DNA of 52,972 bases from Gammaproteobacteria bacterium (GCA_024276955.1 JAJRWE010000044.1:1-52972), one strand, 5' to 3'; numbered from the stretch's first letter, positions 18,420 to 27,755 are shown. Notes: a model not told the origin generated them from the sequence alone. Numbers and translations are program-made.

Positions 18420-20129
18420 ATGGATCAGAACGAGACTTCAAACAAGCCCAGCAATTTCATTCGTCAGATCATCGACGTGGACATTGCTGCGGGCAAGAAC
18501 GACGGCCGCGTGGCGACCCGTTTCCCGCCCGAGCCCAACGGCTATCTGCACATCGGCCACGCCAAGTCCATCTGCCTGAATTTCGGCATCGCCGAGGACT
18601 ACAACGGCACCTGCAACCTGCGTTTCGACGACACCAACCCGCACAAGGAAAACGCCGAATTTGTCGAGGCCATTCAGCGCGACGTGCACTGGCTGGGCTA
18701 TGACTGGGGTGACAAGGTCTATTTCGCCTCGGACTATTTTGAGCAGTTGCACGACTATGCCGTGCAGTTGATCGAGCTGGGCAAGGCCTACGTCTGTGAC
18801 CTGAGCGCGGAAGAGACGCGCGAATACCGCGGCACGCTCACCGATCCGGGCAAGGACAGTCCTTATCGTGACCGCAGCGTGGCAGAGAATCTCGACCTGT
18901 TCACCCGTATGCGCGCCGGCGAATTTGCCGATGGTGAGCGTGTGCTGCGCGCCAAGATCGACATGGCCTCGCCCAATATCAACCTGCGTGACCCGACCAT
19001 CTACCGCATCCGCCACGGCGTGGTGCATCACCAGACGGGCGCGGAGTGGTGCATCTACCCCATGTACGATTTCACCCACTGCCTGTCGGATTCCATCGAG
19101 GGCATCACCCACTCGCTGTGTACGCTGGAATTTGAAGACCATCGACCGCTGTACGATTGGTATCTCGATCAGCTCGGCGTGCCCTGTCACCCGCAGCAGA
19201 TCGAATTTTCGCGCCTCAATCTGCAATACACCATCACTAGCAAGCGCAAGCTGACGGCGCTGGTGGACGAAGGCTTCGTCGAAGGCTGGGACGATCCGCG
19301 TATGCCCACTATCGCCGGCCTACGCCGGCGGGGCTTCACGTCGGCCTCGATCCGCGAGTTCTGCCAGCGTATCGGCGTCACCAAATCCGAGAACAGTGTC
19401 GAAATGGGCGTGTTGGAGAGCTGCATCCGCGAAGATCTCAACGTCAACGCACCGCGCCGCATGGCCGTGTTGCGGCCGCTCAAGGTGGTGGTCGAGAACT
19501 ACCCAGAGGGGCAGGCGGAACAGCTCGAAGCCGCCAATCACCCGCAGGATGAGAGCTTTGGCACGCGTCAGATCCCCTTCGACCGTGAAATCTGGGTCGA
19601 TCGCGACGACTTCATGGAAGTGGCACCCAACCAGAAGTTCAAGCGTCTGGTGGCTGGTGGCGAAGTGCGGTTGCGCAATGCCTACGTGATTCGCTGCGAC
19701 GAGGTCATCAAGGACGAGCAGGGCGAGATCATCGAGCTGCGCTGCAGCTACGACGCCGATACCCTCGGCGCCAACCCCGAGGGCCGCAAGGTCAAGGGCG
19801 TGATTCACTGGGTCTCGGTGGCACACGCCATCGAGGCCGAGGTGCGCCTCTACGACCGCCTGTTTTCCCACCCCACGCCGGGTGCCACAAAAGACGGCAG
19901 CGACTACACGGCGCACCTCAACCCGGACTCCCTGCGCAGCTTCACCCGGTGCTATCTGGAAGCGAACCTGGCCAGTGCACAGCCCGGTGATCAGTTCCAG
20001 TTCGAGCGTGAAGGTTACTTCTGTATGGACCCCGTGCGCACCGCCGGCGGCATGCCCATCTTCAACCGCACGGTCACCCTGCGTGACTCCTGGGCAAAGA
20101 TCGAAAAACAGCAAAATAGTGGCAAATAA
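18420..20129 (+). CDS. glnS: Glutamine--tRNA ligase
   Basis: [37 protein letters not shown] and QFEREGYF motifs. Confidence 0.97.
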   Translation: MDQNETSNKPSNFIRQIIDVDIAAGKNDGRVATRFPPEPNGYLHIGHAKSICLNFGIAEDYNGTCNLRFDDTNPHKENAEFVEAIQRDVHWLGYDWGDKVYFASDYFEQLHDYAVQLIELGKAYVCDLSAEETREYRGTLTDPGKDSPYRDRSVAENLDLFTRMRAGEFADGERVLRAKIDMASPNINLRDPTIYRIRHGVVHHQTGAEWCIYPMYDFTHCLSDSIEGITHSLCTLEFEDHRPLYDWYLDQLGVPCHPQQIEFSRLNLQYTITSKRKLTALVDEGFVEGWDDPRMPTIAGLRRRGFTSASIREFCQRIGVTKSENSVEMGVLESCIREDLNVNAPRRMAVLRPLKVVVENYPEGQAEQLEAANHPQDESFGTRQIPFDREIWVDRDDFMEVAPNQKFKRLVAGGEVRLRNAYVIRCDEVIKDEQGEIIELRCSYDADTLGANPEGRKVKGVIHWVSVAHAIEAEVRLYDRLFSHPTPGATKDGSDYTAHLNPDSLRSFTRCYLEANLASAQPGDQFQFEREGYFCMDPVRTAGGMPIFNRTVTLRDSWAKIEKQQNSGK

Positions 20130-20142
20130 GTCGCTTTAATCC

Positions 20143-20170
20143 TTGACAGAAAGCGCCATTTCTCTAAAAT
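20143..20170 (+). promoter_or_regulatory. Sigma70 promoter of the tRNA-Ala/tRNA-Glu operon
   Basis: TTGACA-N16-TAAAAT followed by a GC-rich discriminator GGCGCC. Confidence 0.8.
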
Positions 20171-20186
20171 GGCGCCTTCGCTTTTC

Positions 20187-20262
20187 GGGGCTATAGCTCA
20201 GCTGGGAGAGCGCCTGCATGGCATGCAGGAGGTCGGCGGTTCGATCCCGCCTAGCTCCACCA
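20187..20262 (+). tRNA. tRNA-Ala(GGC)
   Basis: GGGGCTATAGCTCAGCTGGGAGAGCG-CCTGC-ATGGCAT-GCAGG...GGTTCGATCC...CTCCACCA. Confidence 0.97.
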
Positions 20263-20294
20263 AATTCACTCGGAAGCGAGTGTCGAAAGTCGAT

Positions 20295-20371
20295 GTCCCC
20301 ATCGTCTAGTCGGCCTAGGACACCGCCCTTTCACGGCGGTAACAGGGGTTCGAATCCCCTTGGGGACGCCA
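20295..20371 (+). tRNA. tRNA-Glu(TTC)
   Basis: GTCCCCATCGTCTAG...CCGCC-CTTTCAC-GGCGG...GGTTCGAATCC...GGGGACGCCA. Confidence 0.97.
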
Positions 20372-20379
20372 TATAAAAC

Positions 20380-20417
20380 AAGGGCTTACATCGTTTTGGT
20401 GTAAGTCCTTTTTCTTT
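20380..20417 (+). terminator. Intrinsic terminator after tRNA-Glu
   Basis: AAGGGCTTACA...TGTAAGTCCTT stem followed by a T-run. Confidence 0.7.
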
Positions 20418-20562
20418 GTGTCAATGTTTTGTCAATATCTTGGCCGGGTTTCACCGGGGGTGGGGAATCTGCGCCACCGATTCGCCAACCAAGGCGCCCA
20501 CATACAAACTTTCCTTCCCCGGCCCTCTAAGACATGCCACAACTCGCTGAGTGATGGGCAAA

Positions 20563-20664
20563 TTTTAGAACTATTGAGGATGGCCGATATCCGTAGCGTC
20601 GGCGAGGGTATGAAATGACTAAGCGAGAGACAACGGAGCAAATCCGCCAAATGAAAGAGTTTGG
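20563..20664 (+). repeat. ~100-bp direct repeat, copy 1 (copy 2 at 23916-24018)
   Basis: Both contain TTTTAGAAnTATTGAGGATGGCC...TCGGCGAGGGTATGAAATGACTAAGCGAGAGACAA.GGAGCAAATCCGCC. Confidence 0.88.
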
Positions 20665-20782
20665 CAATAGGGTGTCATCGTCAAAAAAACGGGCCGTAGA
20701 CACGCTAAAGGCTGCGGGCATTATGAATTCAAAAGGTGAAGTAAAAAGGCAATTTAAGAAGGCCTTGCGGTTCACCTCTTAA
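20615..20782 (+). CDS. 55-aa basic protein, putative antitoxin-like partner
   Basis: Below the ORF-track cutoff. MTKRETTEQIRQMKEFGNRVSSSKKRAVDTLKAAGIMNSKGEVKRQFKKALRFTS; GAGG upstream; ends 9 bp before the next gene. Confidence 0.65.
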   Translation: MTKRETTEQIRQMKEFGNRVSSSKKRAVDTLKAAGIMNSKGEVKRQFKKALRFTS

Positions 20783-20791
20783 CCTTCCTTC

Positions 20792-21408
20792 ATGTACACG
20801 AACTATCCAAACATAGTCTTTGGATTTCACGCGTGTGAGTCAACATTGGCTGAAAAGCTAGTCGCAAAAAGAACCAACCTTCACATTAGCAGTAACTCCT
20901 ACGATTGGCTTGGGGCGGGCATGTACTTCTGGGAAAATAGCCCCGACCGCGCCAAAATGTATGGGGAAGAACTAAAGAAATTAGGTAAGCTAGAAAACCC
21001 TCGTGTGGTTGGCGCTGCAATTAGTTTGGGGTATTGCCTCGACTTGCTTGATTCAGGTTCGCTGAAGTTGCTCAAAGCAAGTTACGACTCGCTAATCAAG
21101 GCCCTAAAAGCCGCAGGCCAAGAAGTGCCAGCAAATACACCAGGGGCAGGAAGCCCGCCCCTAACTCGAATGACCTCTTGGTGCGGACGCTCGATTGTGC
21201 AGTCATCAATTTCCTTTGCACCCAAAGAAAACAGCAGGAACTAAGGCCCTTCGATAGCGTCCGTGGTGTTTTTTGGGAGGGAGAGCCCCTATATCCGACA
21301 GCGGGATTCAAAGAGAAAAATCACGTGCAAGTGGCGGTTACAAACCCGAACTGTATCAAGGGTTACTTTTGGCCCCGAACGGAATCCCAAAAACACCCCA
21401 GCATCTGA
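20792..21408 (+). pseudogene. Frameshifted ADP-ribosyltransferase-fold-like protein
   Basis: ORF 20792-21244 (GFHAC, YDWLGAGMYFWEN) continues in another frame (DLLVRTLDCAVI...HVQVAV...IKGYF); shift near 21150-21165. Confidence 0.65.
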
Positions 21409-21569
21409 ATCGGCGGCCAGCTTCCTACCTTCCGCACCACTCGCCCTCGCCAAACGGTAAAAAAGGCCATTTTGGCGAGGGTACAGGCGAGGAAGGCGAG
21501 TTTGGCGAGGGTAATGAGGATGGATTCACTTCACCTCTTGGTAGCACGGCAGATGAGTACCGGGCTGCA

Positions 21570-21626
21570 TCTGATACTCCGAGCCGCGCTCATTCTCCAT
21601 CTCCCAAAGGTCAACCGCCTGCTGCA
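21570..21626 (-). pseudogene. Orphan 3' fragment of a second higA
   Basis: 57 bp aligning without gaps to 23136-23192; reads QQAVDLWEMENERGSEYQ versus QQALDLWKLENERGPEYQ. Confidence 0.75.
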
Positions 21627-21665
21627 CAATTGGCTAAGCTTGCCTATGCAGAATCTAATCAAGCG

Positions 21666-22874
21666 TTAGAGAAGCTGGGATAGAAACGTTCGGGCTGGCA
21701 CAACAATGGGGGCTCCAGCTCGGGCAAAACAATCGGCATCCACGTAGCTTGCATCAAGCACGACCTGGAATGCAAAAGGTGCGGCGAGTTGCTGCTGAAA
21801 ATACTTCAGAGAAGGGCTTATTGATTCGTCGCGCTGTTTCACTTCTACCAAAAACCATGGTTTTCCGTCACGTGCGACCAGGAAATCAACCTCGCGTTTT
21901 TCCTTGTCGCGAAGGTAGCCAAGTTCAAACTTTCCCAACCCCATATCATTCCAGCCTTCAACGGCCTTGAGTAGGTGGCAAGCGACAAACGTTTCCGCTT
22001 TGTCTCCCGGATCTTTAATAGAAGCCCAATCGCGCAGAAACCATTTAGGTTCCTTGCGCAGTGATCGTGAGACATTCCTGAACCACGGCCTGATCAGAAA
22101 ACCAAGATGAAGGCTGGTCAGAACATCGATCCATCGCCGGGTGGTGTCAATGGATACACGGACATCGTTTGCCAGATTGCCATAGATAAGTTGGTGAGCC
22201 GAGCGTTCAGCCAGGAGTTTGACCAATATCTCAAGCTGATCGAGTTGCTGGATTTGGGTTAGATCACGAATATCTTCCCTGACCAACTGTTCGAGGCGCA
22301 AAGATTGCCAACGGCGACTAAAGCGCGTATCACGTTTAAGAAAGGGTTCAGGATAACCCCCATGATTCCAGAGTGCATCAAAATTCGTGGGACTAACCTT
22401 CCTGGGCGAGCGGATAATCCGTTTTTCATCGGGTAAATCCTGGGTCAAGGTTTCAGCAACAGTGAAGGGATGCATCCTGTATAAAAAATATCGCCCCATC
22501 AGACTGTCACCGCCACGACGATAGACGTCCATGCGACTACTTCCCGTGACCATGATGCGGAGCTGATCCGCATAGGTATCGAAGAATCCTTTTAAGAATT
22601 GTTTCCAGCGGGGGTATTTGTGTAGTTCATCGAAAATGATGACCGGAGGAGTCCTGGACAGGCGATCGAGCTGAAATTTATCGACCAGTTTGGCGGGGCC
22701 AGCGAGTATGAATTCCCGGTCATCGATATTATCCCAATTGATATAGGTATCGGCGTGAATGCGACAGGTGGTGGTTTTGCCTACCTGCCTTGGGCCGCTG
22801 ATAAATGCCATCTGTCGTTGCTTTGCCAGATGTTCAGTCAGTAGCGTATCGTATATCCTGTTTTTTGGCTTCAT
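21666..22874 (-). CDS. AAA+ ATPase of AAA_14/DUF4143 (COG1373) type
   Basis: GPRQVGKTT, IFDELHK, TGSS, SLMGR, GGYPE; C-terminal REVDF...LVEVK nuclease-like motif. Confidence 0.9.
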   Translation of the reverse strand: MKPKNRIYDTLLTEHLAKQRQMAFISGPRQVGKTTTCRIHADTYINWDNIDDREFILAGPAKLVDKFQLDRLSRTPPVIIFDELHKYPRWKQFLKGFFDTYADQLRIMVTGSSRMDVYRRGGDSLMGRYFLYRMHPFTVAETLTQDLPDEKRIIRSPRKVSPTNFDALWNHGGYPEPFLKRDTRFSRRWQSLRLEQLVREDIRDLTQIQQLDQLEILVKLLAERSAHQLIYGNLANDVRVSIDTTRRWIDVLTSLHLGFLIRPWFRNVSRSLRKEPKWFLRDWASIKDPGDKAETFVACHLLKAVEGWNDMGLGKFELGYLRDKEKREVDFLVARDGKPWFLVEVKQRDESISPSLKYFQQQLAAPFAFQVVLDASYVDADCFARAGAPIVVPARTFLSQLL

Positions 22875-23112
22875 GATAGAACATTATCAATAGCGTCGTA
22901 TAATAGTCAAGACCATTTTAAGATGTTATTAATGATAGTCAGACCCTGGATGGATAATATTCTACGGTTTTGCCATCTGTGACCTTACCGGCTTGTAGGT
23001 CGGCGATACCTTCCTGGATTGCCTTTTTCAGATGTTCCTCTTTCAGTGCCTCGAGCTGAGTATATTCCCCCACCGAGGCGGGGCCGTGTTTCTTGCCTTT
23101 CGGGCACTGCAG

Positions 23113-23409
23113 CTATGCGGCCACATGCTCGATTTTCTGATACTCCGGGCCGCGCTCGTTCTCCAGTTTCCAAAGGTCGAGCGCCTGCTGCATCGCCAGC
23201 CAGCTCTCGGGGGTGGTGTCGAGCAGACGGGCAAGGCGCATGGCCATATCGGCGGAAAGGGCGCGCTTCTCATGGATGAGGTCGGACACGGTGAGCCGCG
23301 AGACGCCGAGGCGCCGGGCCAACTCGGTCTGACTCATGCCCAGCTCGGGCAGGATGTCTTCGCGCAGGATGGCGCCGGGGTGGGTCGGTTTGCGGGTTCT
23401 GGTAGCCAT
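23113..23409 (-). CDS. higA: HigA-family antitoxin
   Basis: PTHPGAILREDIL...SQTELARRLGVSR...MAMRLARLLDTTPESWLAMQ. Confidence 0.9.
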   Translation of the reverse strand: MATRTRKPTHPGAILREDILPELGMSQTELARRLGVSRLTVSDLIHEKRALSADMAMRLARLLDTTPESWLAMQQALDLWKLENERGPEYQKIEHVAA

Positions 23410-23687
23410 CAGTGGTAGTCCTCCAAACTCACGTCGTAGGCGTTGCCCTGCCGAAAGGCAAAGGTGATCCGCCAATTGCCCGAGACTGTCACGCTATAGG
23501 TGCCTTCCCGCTTTCCCGTGTGTTCATGGAATCGGTAGCCAGGCAGGTTCATATCGGCAGCTTCCGCCGATGCCTCCAGGCGATCCGGCAGGCGACCGAT
23601 TCGCGCGGTATGCTGTGCGGTGATGCCCCGCTTGCTCCCGGTCAGGAAAAAGCGCTCAAGGCCCTTATGGGCGAATATCTTTATCAT
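23409..23687 (-). CDS. higB: HigB-family toxin
   Basis: FAHKGLERFF...MNLPGYRFH...YSVTVSGNWRITFAF...EDYH; toxin upstream of antitoxin. Confidence 0.9.
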   Translation of the reverse strand: MIKIFAHKGLERFFLTGSKRGITAQHTARIGRLPDRLEASAEAADMNLPGYRFHEHTGKREGTYSVTVSGNWRITFAFRQGNAYDVSLEDYH

Positions 23688-23694
23688 GGCCTAA

Positions 23695-23715
23695 GTGTAA
23701 TGCGAGGCATTACAC
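23695..23715. promoter_or_regulatory. higBA operator palindrome
   Basis: GTGTAATGC-GAG-GCATTACAC, 7 bp upstream of higB. Confidence 0.7.
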
Positions 23716-23915
23716 CTTGCAAGGTTTTCAGCGCCGATCCGTTTCCTAACCGCTTCCCAACTCACCGGCCCGCCAGCCCAATGAATACGCGGTGCGGCGA
23801 GGTGTCACCAGGGGAGAAGGAAGGACAGGGAGGCCAGCGAATCAGCGACTCGCAGGCCCGGTATGTTAGTGGGGGCTCATGTGCTGGGCCGCGTGGTCAT
23901 TGGGCTGTGGGGTCG

Positions 23916-24018
23916 TTTTAGAATTATTGAGGATGGCCAATATTTGTCGCTTCGGCGAGGGTATGAAATGACTAAGCGAGAGACAATGGAGCAAATCCGC
24001 CGGATGACAAGAGTGTGG
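23916..24018 (+). repeat. ~100-bp direct repeat, copy 2, with truncated small gene
   Basis: Matches 20563-20664; encodes MTKRETMEQIRRM and then diverges. Confidence 0.88.
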
Positions 24019-24109
24019 TTACCGAGTCCCTGTTGATGTTCTGAGAAAGATTCGTTCTAAATAATGGCCACCTGATCCTAAGTGCCCTCGGCCACCTTGC
24101 GGTCGGGGC

Positions 24110-25528
24110 TTACGAAGACGGGCGCTGGTGCGCCAGTTTGCCCAGAAACAGTATCGCCGCCTCCAGCCGCTCATCCCAGGGTTGCGCGCAATTGATGCGG
24201 ATAAAGTTGGCGTATTTTTGCGAGGCGGAAAAGATCGGGCCGGGAGCGATGCTGATGCCCTTCGCCAGCGCTTGATGAAAGATGGCCATTGCATCCGTGC
24301 CCTCAGGCAATTCCACCCAGATCACAAAACCACCGGCTGGCTGGGTTACCCGGGTGCCCTCGGGGAAGTGCTGGCCAACGACCCGGGTGATGCGTGCAAC
24401 CAGGTGCGCATACTGGCCGCGCACCTGGCGCAGGTAGCGGTCGTAGCCGCCGCGTTGCAGATAATCGGCGATGGCCAGTTGTGGCAGCGTGGCTGTTGCC
24501 AGGCTGGTGATGTACTTCTGATATTCAATCTGTTCCTGATACTTTCCCGGCACCACCCAGCCCACCCGCAGACCTGGCGATAGGGTTTTTGAAAAAGAGC
24601 TGCAATAGAGCACGCTGCCATCCGTATCAAAACTTTTTGCCGCTTTCGGGCGGTGGTGATCGAAGGCGAGGTCGCCGTACACATCGTCTTCTATTAGCGG
24701 AATGTGGTGCTGGCGCAGGAGTTTGACCAGCGCCTGCTTGTTGCTATCCGGCATGCAATACCCCATCGGGTTGTTAAAATTTCCAACGAGGGCGCAGGCC
24801 TTGATGGGCCATTGCTCGATGGCGAGTTTCAGGGCGTCCAGACTGATGCCATGTTGCGGGTGAGTAGGAATCTCCAACGCCTTCATCCCCAGCGATTCGA
24901 CCACCTGCAAGAGGCCGTAAAACGTCGGTGATTCCAGCGCAATGATGTCGCCCGCCCTGGCGACAGCCCGCAGGCAAAGCGCCAACGCCTCCTGACAGCC
25001 GCTGGTAACGAGTATCTCGGACGGTGCGACCTGACAGCCTGCATCCAGCATGCGGCGGGCGATTTGCTGACGCAGCTCAGCGTTGCCGGGTGGGAATTCA
25101 TAGCTGGCGCTGCGCTGTTGCTGGTGGCGGGTAACGGCCAGCAAGGCCTGGTTGATGGCCCGGGTCGGCAGGAAGCTGTGGTGCGGGATCGCCGCGCCTA
25201 ATTGAATCACCTCGGGCTGGCGTGTGGCCTGACTTAGCTGCATGGCCATCTGTTGTCCGGTGATACGGGCCGGTTGGGGCTTGGGATTCGTCATGGCCGG
25301 TTGCTCCGGTGCCTGCCACACGGATGTGCGCACATAAAAGCCAGAGCGGGGGCGGGCCCGGATCAGCCCGCGGTCCTCCAGCAATTGGTGGGCCTGCATG
25401 ATGGTGGAGATGCTGACGCCAAATTGCCTGGCCAGCCTGCGCACCCCCGGCAGCCTCTCGCCGGGCAGATAAACACTCTGTTCTATCTGTCCGCTCAGCC
25501 CCTTGGCAACCTGTTCGTAGCGTTTCAT
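24110..25528 (-). CDS. MocR/GntR-family PLP-dependent transcriptional regulator
   Basis: wHTH (PGERLPGVRRLA...GVSISTI), aminotransferase domain (EDDVY, SSFSKTLSPGLRVGW). Alternative start at 25552. Confidence 0.93.
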   Translation of the reverse strand: MKRYEQVAKGLSGQIEQSVYLPGERLPGVRRLARQFGVSISTIMQAHQLLEDRGLIRARPRSGFYVRTSVWQAPEQPAMTNPKPQPARITGQQMAMQLSQATRQPEVIQLGAAIPHHSFLPTRAINQALLAVTRHQQQRSASYEFPPGNAELRQQIARRMLDAGCQVAPSEILVTSGCQEALALCLRAVARAGDIIALESPTFYGLLQVVESLGMKALEIPTHPQHGISLDALKLAIEQWPIKACALVGNFNNPMGYCMPDSNKQALVKLLRQHHIPLIEDDVYGDLAFDHHRPKAAKSFDTDGSVLYCSSFSKTLSPGLRVGWVVPGKYQEQIEYQKYITSLATATLPQLAIADYLQRGGYDRYLRQVRGQYAHLVARITRVVGQHFPEGTRVTQPAGGFVIWVELPEGTDAMAIFHQALAKGISIAPGPIFSASQKYANFIRINCAQPWDERLEAAILFLGKLAHQRPSS

Positions 25529-25570
25529 CGGTGTTCGCTTTCCCCGTTTCATGACAGTTTTCAGTAAAAA

Positions 25571-25640
25571 ATACAGTACAGATCTATATTTAATAAAACT
25601 GTGCTGTATCAGTTTCTGTGAGGCTGAATCTGTATTGTTT
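25571..25640. promoter_or_regulatory. MocR operator candidate
   Basis: ATACAGTACAG with inverted CTGTGCTGTAT and a further CTGTATTGTTT in the divergent region. Confidence 0.6.
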
Positions 25641-25720
25641 TGAGTGTGGCAGCTAGAGTGGTGAAGATCAAAGCGGTGATGGAGGCGAAGGGGGTGTCAT
25701 CACCGGCTGCGGCAACGGGG

Positions 25721-25782
25721 GTGGGAGCGGCTTCAGCCGCGAACAGAGGTTGCTGTTTCTTTGCGGCTGAAGCCGCTCCCAC
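25721..25782. repeat. REP doublet (REPIN-like)
   Basis: GTGGGAGCGGCTTCAGCCGC...GCGGCTGAAGCCGCTCCCAC, a perfect 20-bp inverted pair. Confidence 0.85.
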
Positions 25783-25798
25783 GAATGGAGGTGATCGG

Positions 25799-26686
25799 GT
25801 GGATTTCAACAAGGGTGTATCAAAATCGCTGTGCTGGCTGAACGGCAAGATCATGCCGACGGCGCAGGCGTGTATCCCCGTTTCGGATCACGGCCTGTTG
25901 TACGGCGACGGCGTGTTCGAGGGTATTCGCTTTTACCAACGGCGCGCCTTTCGCCTGTCGGAGCACCTGCATCGTCTGCGCGATTCCGCGGCGGCCATTG
26001 GCTTGCCGCTGCCGCTGGATCGGGCGGCCCTGGAAACGGCGGTCGCCGAGCTAATCGAAGCCATTGCCGTGCCCGAGGGCTACCTGCGGCTGGTGGTGAC
26101 CCGGGGAGAGGGGACGATGGGTATCGACCCCAGCTCCTGCAAGCGGGGTAATGTCTTTATCATTGCGACACAGATGGAACTGGTTGATGCCGAAAAACGC
26201 CAACAGGGCATTCGCGTCATCATCGCCGCCACCCGGCGCCTGCCGGTGGATGGTCTGGATCCGCGCATCAAGAGCCTCAACTATCTCAATCACATTCTGG
26301 CGCGGATGGAGGCCGGCAACGCCGGCGCGCAGGAGGCGATACTGCTCAATGCACGCGGCCACGTCTGCGAGGGAAGTGCGGATAATGTGTATATTGTTAG
26401 AGACCACGCCCTGCTGACACCGCCGGTGAGTGATGGCGCGCTGGACGGCGTTACCCGTCGTGTGGTCATGGAACTGGCGGCGCAGGCGGGCATTGCCTGC
26501 CGGGAAGAGACCCTGGCCCCCTATGACCTGTACACCGCCGATGAGTGCTTTCTCACCGGTACCGGTGCGGAGCTGATTCCCGTGCGTGACATCGACGGAC
26601 GGCTTCTGAGGCAATGCCCGGGGGGCGTATACCTCGACTTGCAGGTGCGATTCCAGGCACTGATTCAATGGGAAACGGCGGCATGA
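25799..26686 (+). CDS. ilvE: Class IV PLP aminotransferase, branched-chain (IlvE-like)
   Basis: HGLLYGDGVFEGIR, YLRLVVTRG, KSLNY, EGSADN, LDGVTR, FLTGTGAE; GTG start after GGAGGTGA. Confidence 0.82.
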   Translation: MDFNKGVSKSLCWLNGKIMPTAQACIPVSDHGLLYGDGVFEGIRFYQRRAFRLSEHLHRLRDSAAAIGLPLPLDRAALETAVAELIEAIAVPEGYLRLVVTRGEGTMGIDPSSCKRGNVFIIATQMELVDAEKRQQGIRVIIAATRRLPVDGLDPRIKSLNYLNHILARMEAGNAGAQEAILLNARGHVCEGSADNVYIVRDHALLTPPVSDGALDGVTRRVVMELAAQAGIACREETLAPYDLYTADECFLTGTGAELIPVRDIDGRLLRQCPGGVYLDLQVRFQALIQWETAA

Positions 26687-26702
26687 TACAAAGGAGCAAG
26701 CC

Positions 26703-27755
26703 ATGATTACGGTTGGAATTGTCGGTGCTTCCGGCTACATGGGTGGCGAGGTTTTGCGGGTGCTGATGGATCACCCGGCGGTCGAGATCGCCTGGGCAAC
26801 CAGTCGCTCCGCTGGCCGCATCGAGGAATATCATCCGAATCTCTACGATAGTGGTATCGCGCTGATTCACCCCGACCGGGTAACCGCCTGCGACGTGGTA
26901 TTTCTGGCCCTACCGACGGAGGCATCGATCCGTGAATCGGCCAGATTCCTGTCCATGGGCGCTAAGGTGATCGATCTTGGTTCTGCCTTTCGGTTGCAGG
27001 ATCGCGCCACCTGGGAACGCGTCTATGGCCAAAAACATGGCCAGTGGACGCTGACGGAACAGGCGGTGTACGGCATCAATGAATTGCACCGGAGCGACAT
27101 TGAAACTGCCTCGCTGATTGCCAATCCGGGCTGTTTTTCCTCGGCGGCAATCCTGGCCCTGGCGCCCTTGATGGCGGAAGGCCTGGTTGAAACGGATAAG
27201 TTGGTGGTGACCGGCATATCGGGTACCGCCGGTGCCGGGGCGGAGCTGTCCCGTGCGGCGCACCACCCGGAAATCGGCAATAACCTGGTGCCGTACAATG
27301 TGGTGGGGCATCGTCACAGTTTTGAAATGGAGCAGGAACTGTCGCTATTGGCCGGGCAGGGGGTGTCCGTGCATTTCACGCCGGTCTATGCGCCCATCGT
27401 GCGTGGCATCCTTGCCGTGTGCCATGCGTTTGCGGTGAAAAGTATCGACCGGGATACCTTGCTTGAGCGATACCGCACTCATTATCAGAATGCGCCGTTC
27501 GTGAAAGTCTACGATCTGCCGAAAGAGGCCGGAGCTTCCTGGCAATACAAGCCCTACCCCTGGGTGAGTTCGGTCGCGGGAACCAATTACTGTTTCATCG
27601 GCCTGGACTACGATGCCGAACGGGGGCGCATTAGCGTGTTGAGCGTACTGGACAGCATCGGCAAGGGTGGCGCCCAGGTTGGCATCGAAAACATGAATCT
27701 CATGTGTGGCCTTGAGCATTCGGCCGGGCTGCAACGCCGGGGTCTTCATCCGTAG
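26703..27755 (+). CDS. argC: N-acetyl-gamma-glutamyl-phosphate reductase family (ArgC/LysY-like)
   Basis: GASGYMGGE Rossmann motif, ANPGC catalytic Cys, GHRH, KGGA. Confidence 0.82.
   Translation: MITVGIVGASGYMGGEVLRVLMDHPAVEIAWATSRSAGRIEEYHPNLYDSGIALIHPDRVTACDVVFLALPTEASIRESARFLSMGAKVIDLGSAFRLQDRATWERVYGQKHGQWTLTEQAVYGINELHRSDIETASLIANPGCFSSAAILALAPLMAEGLVETDKLVVTGISGTAGAGAELSRAAHHPEIGNNLVPYNVVGHRHSFEMEQELSLLAGQGVSVHFTPVYAPIVRGILAVCHAFAVKSIDRDTLLERYRTHYQNAPFVKVYDLPKEAGASWQYKPYPWVSSVAGTNYCFIGLDYDAERGRISVLSVLDSIGKGGAQVGIENMNLMCGLEHSAGLQRRGLHP

Larger units (their letters stand above)
20418..24060. mobile_element. Accessory patch downstream of tRNA-Glu (no integrase or att copy seen)
   Basis: TA-like genes, a pseudogene, internal duplications and lower-GC stretches between a tRNA and core-like genes. 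Boundaries are approximate. Confidence 0.55.

Noticed and set aside
21650-21672. attI/attC-like CTAATCAAGCGTTAGAG at the AAA gene stop
   Set aside because: No partner arm forming an attC hairpin and no adjacent integrase; a short match may be chance.
21273-21683. 136-aa plus-strand ORF
   Set aside because: Overlaps the ART-like tail, the GGCGAG repeats and the antisense higA fragment; no coherent domain.
25640-25798. N-terminal extension of the aminotransferase
   Set aside because: It is translated REP sequence (VGAASAA...AAEAAPT); a strong SD precedes the GTG at 25799.
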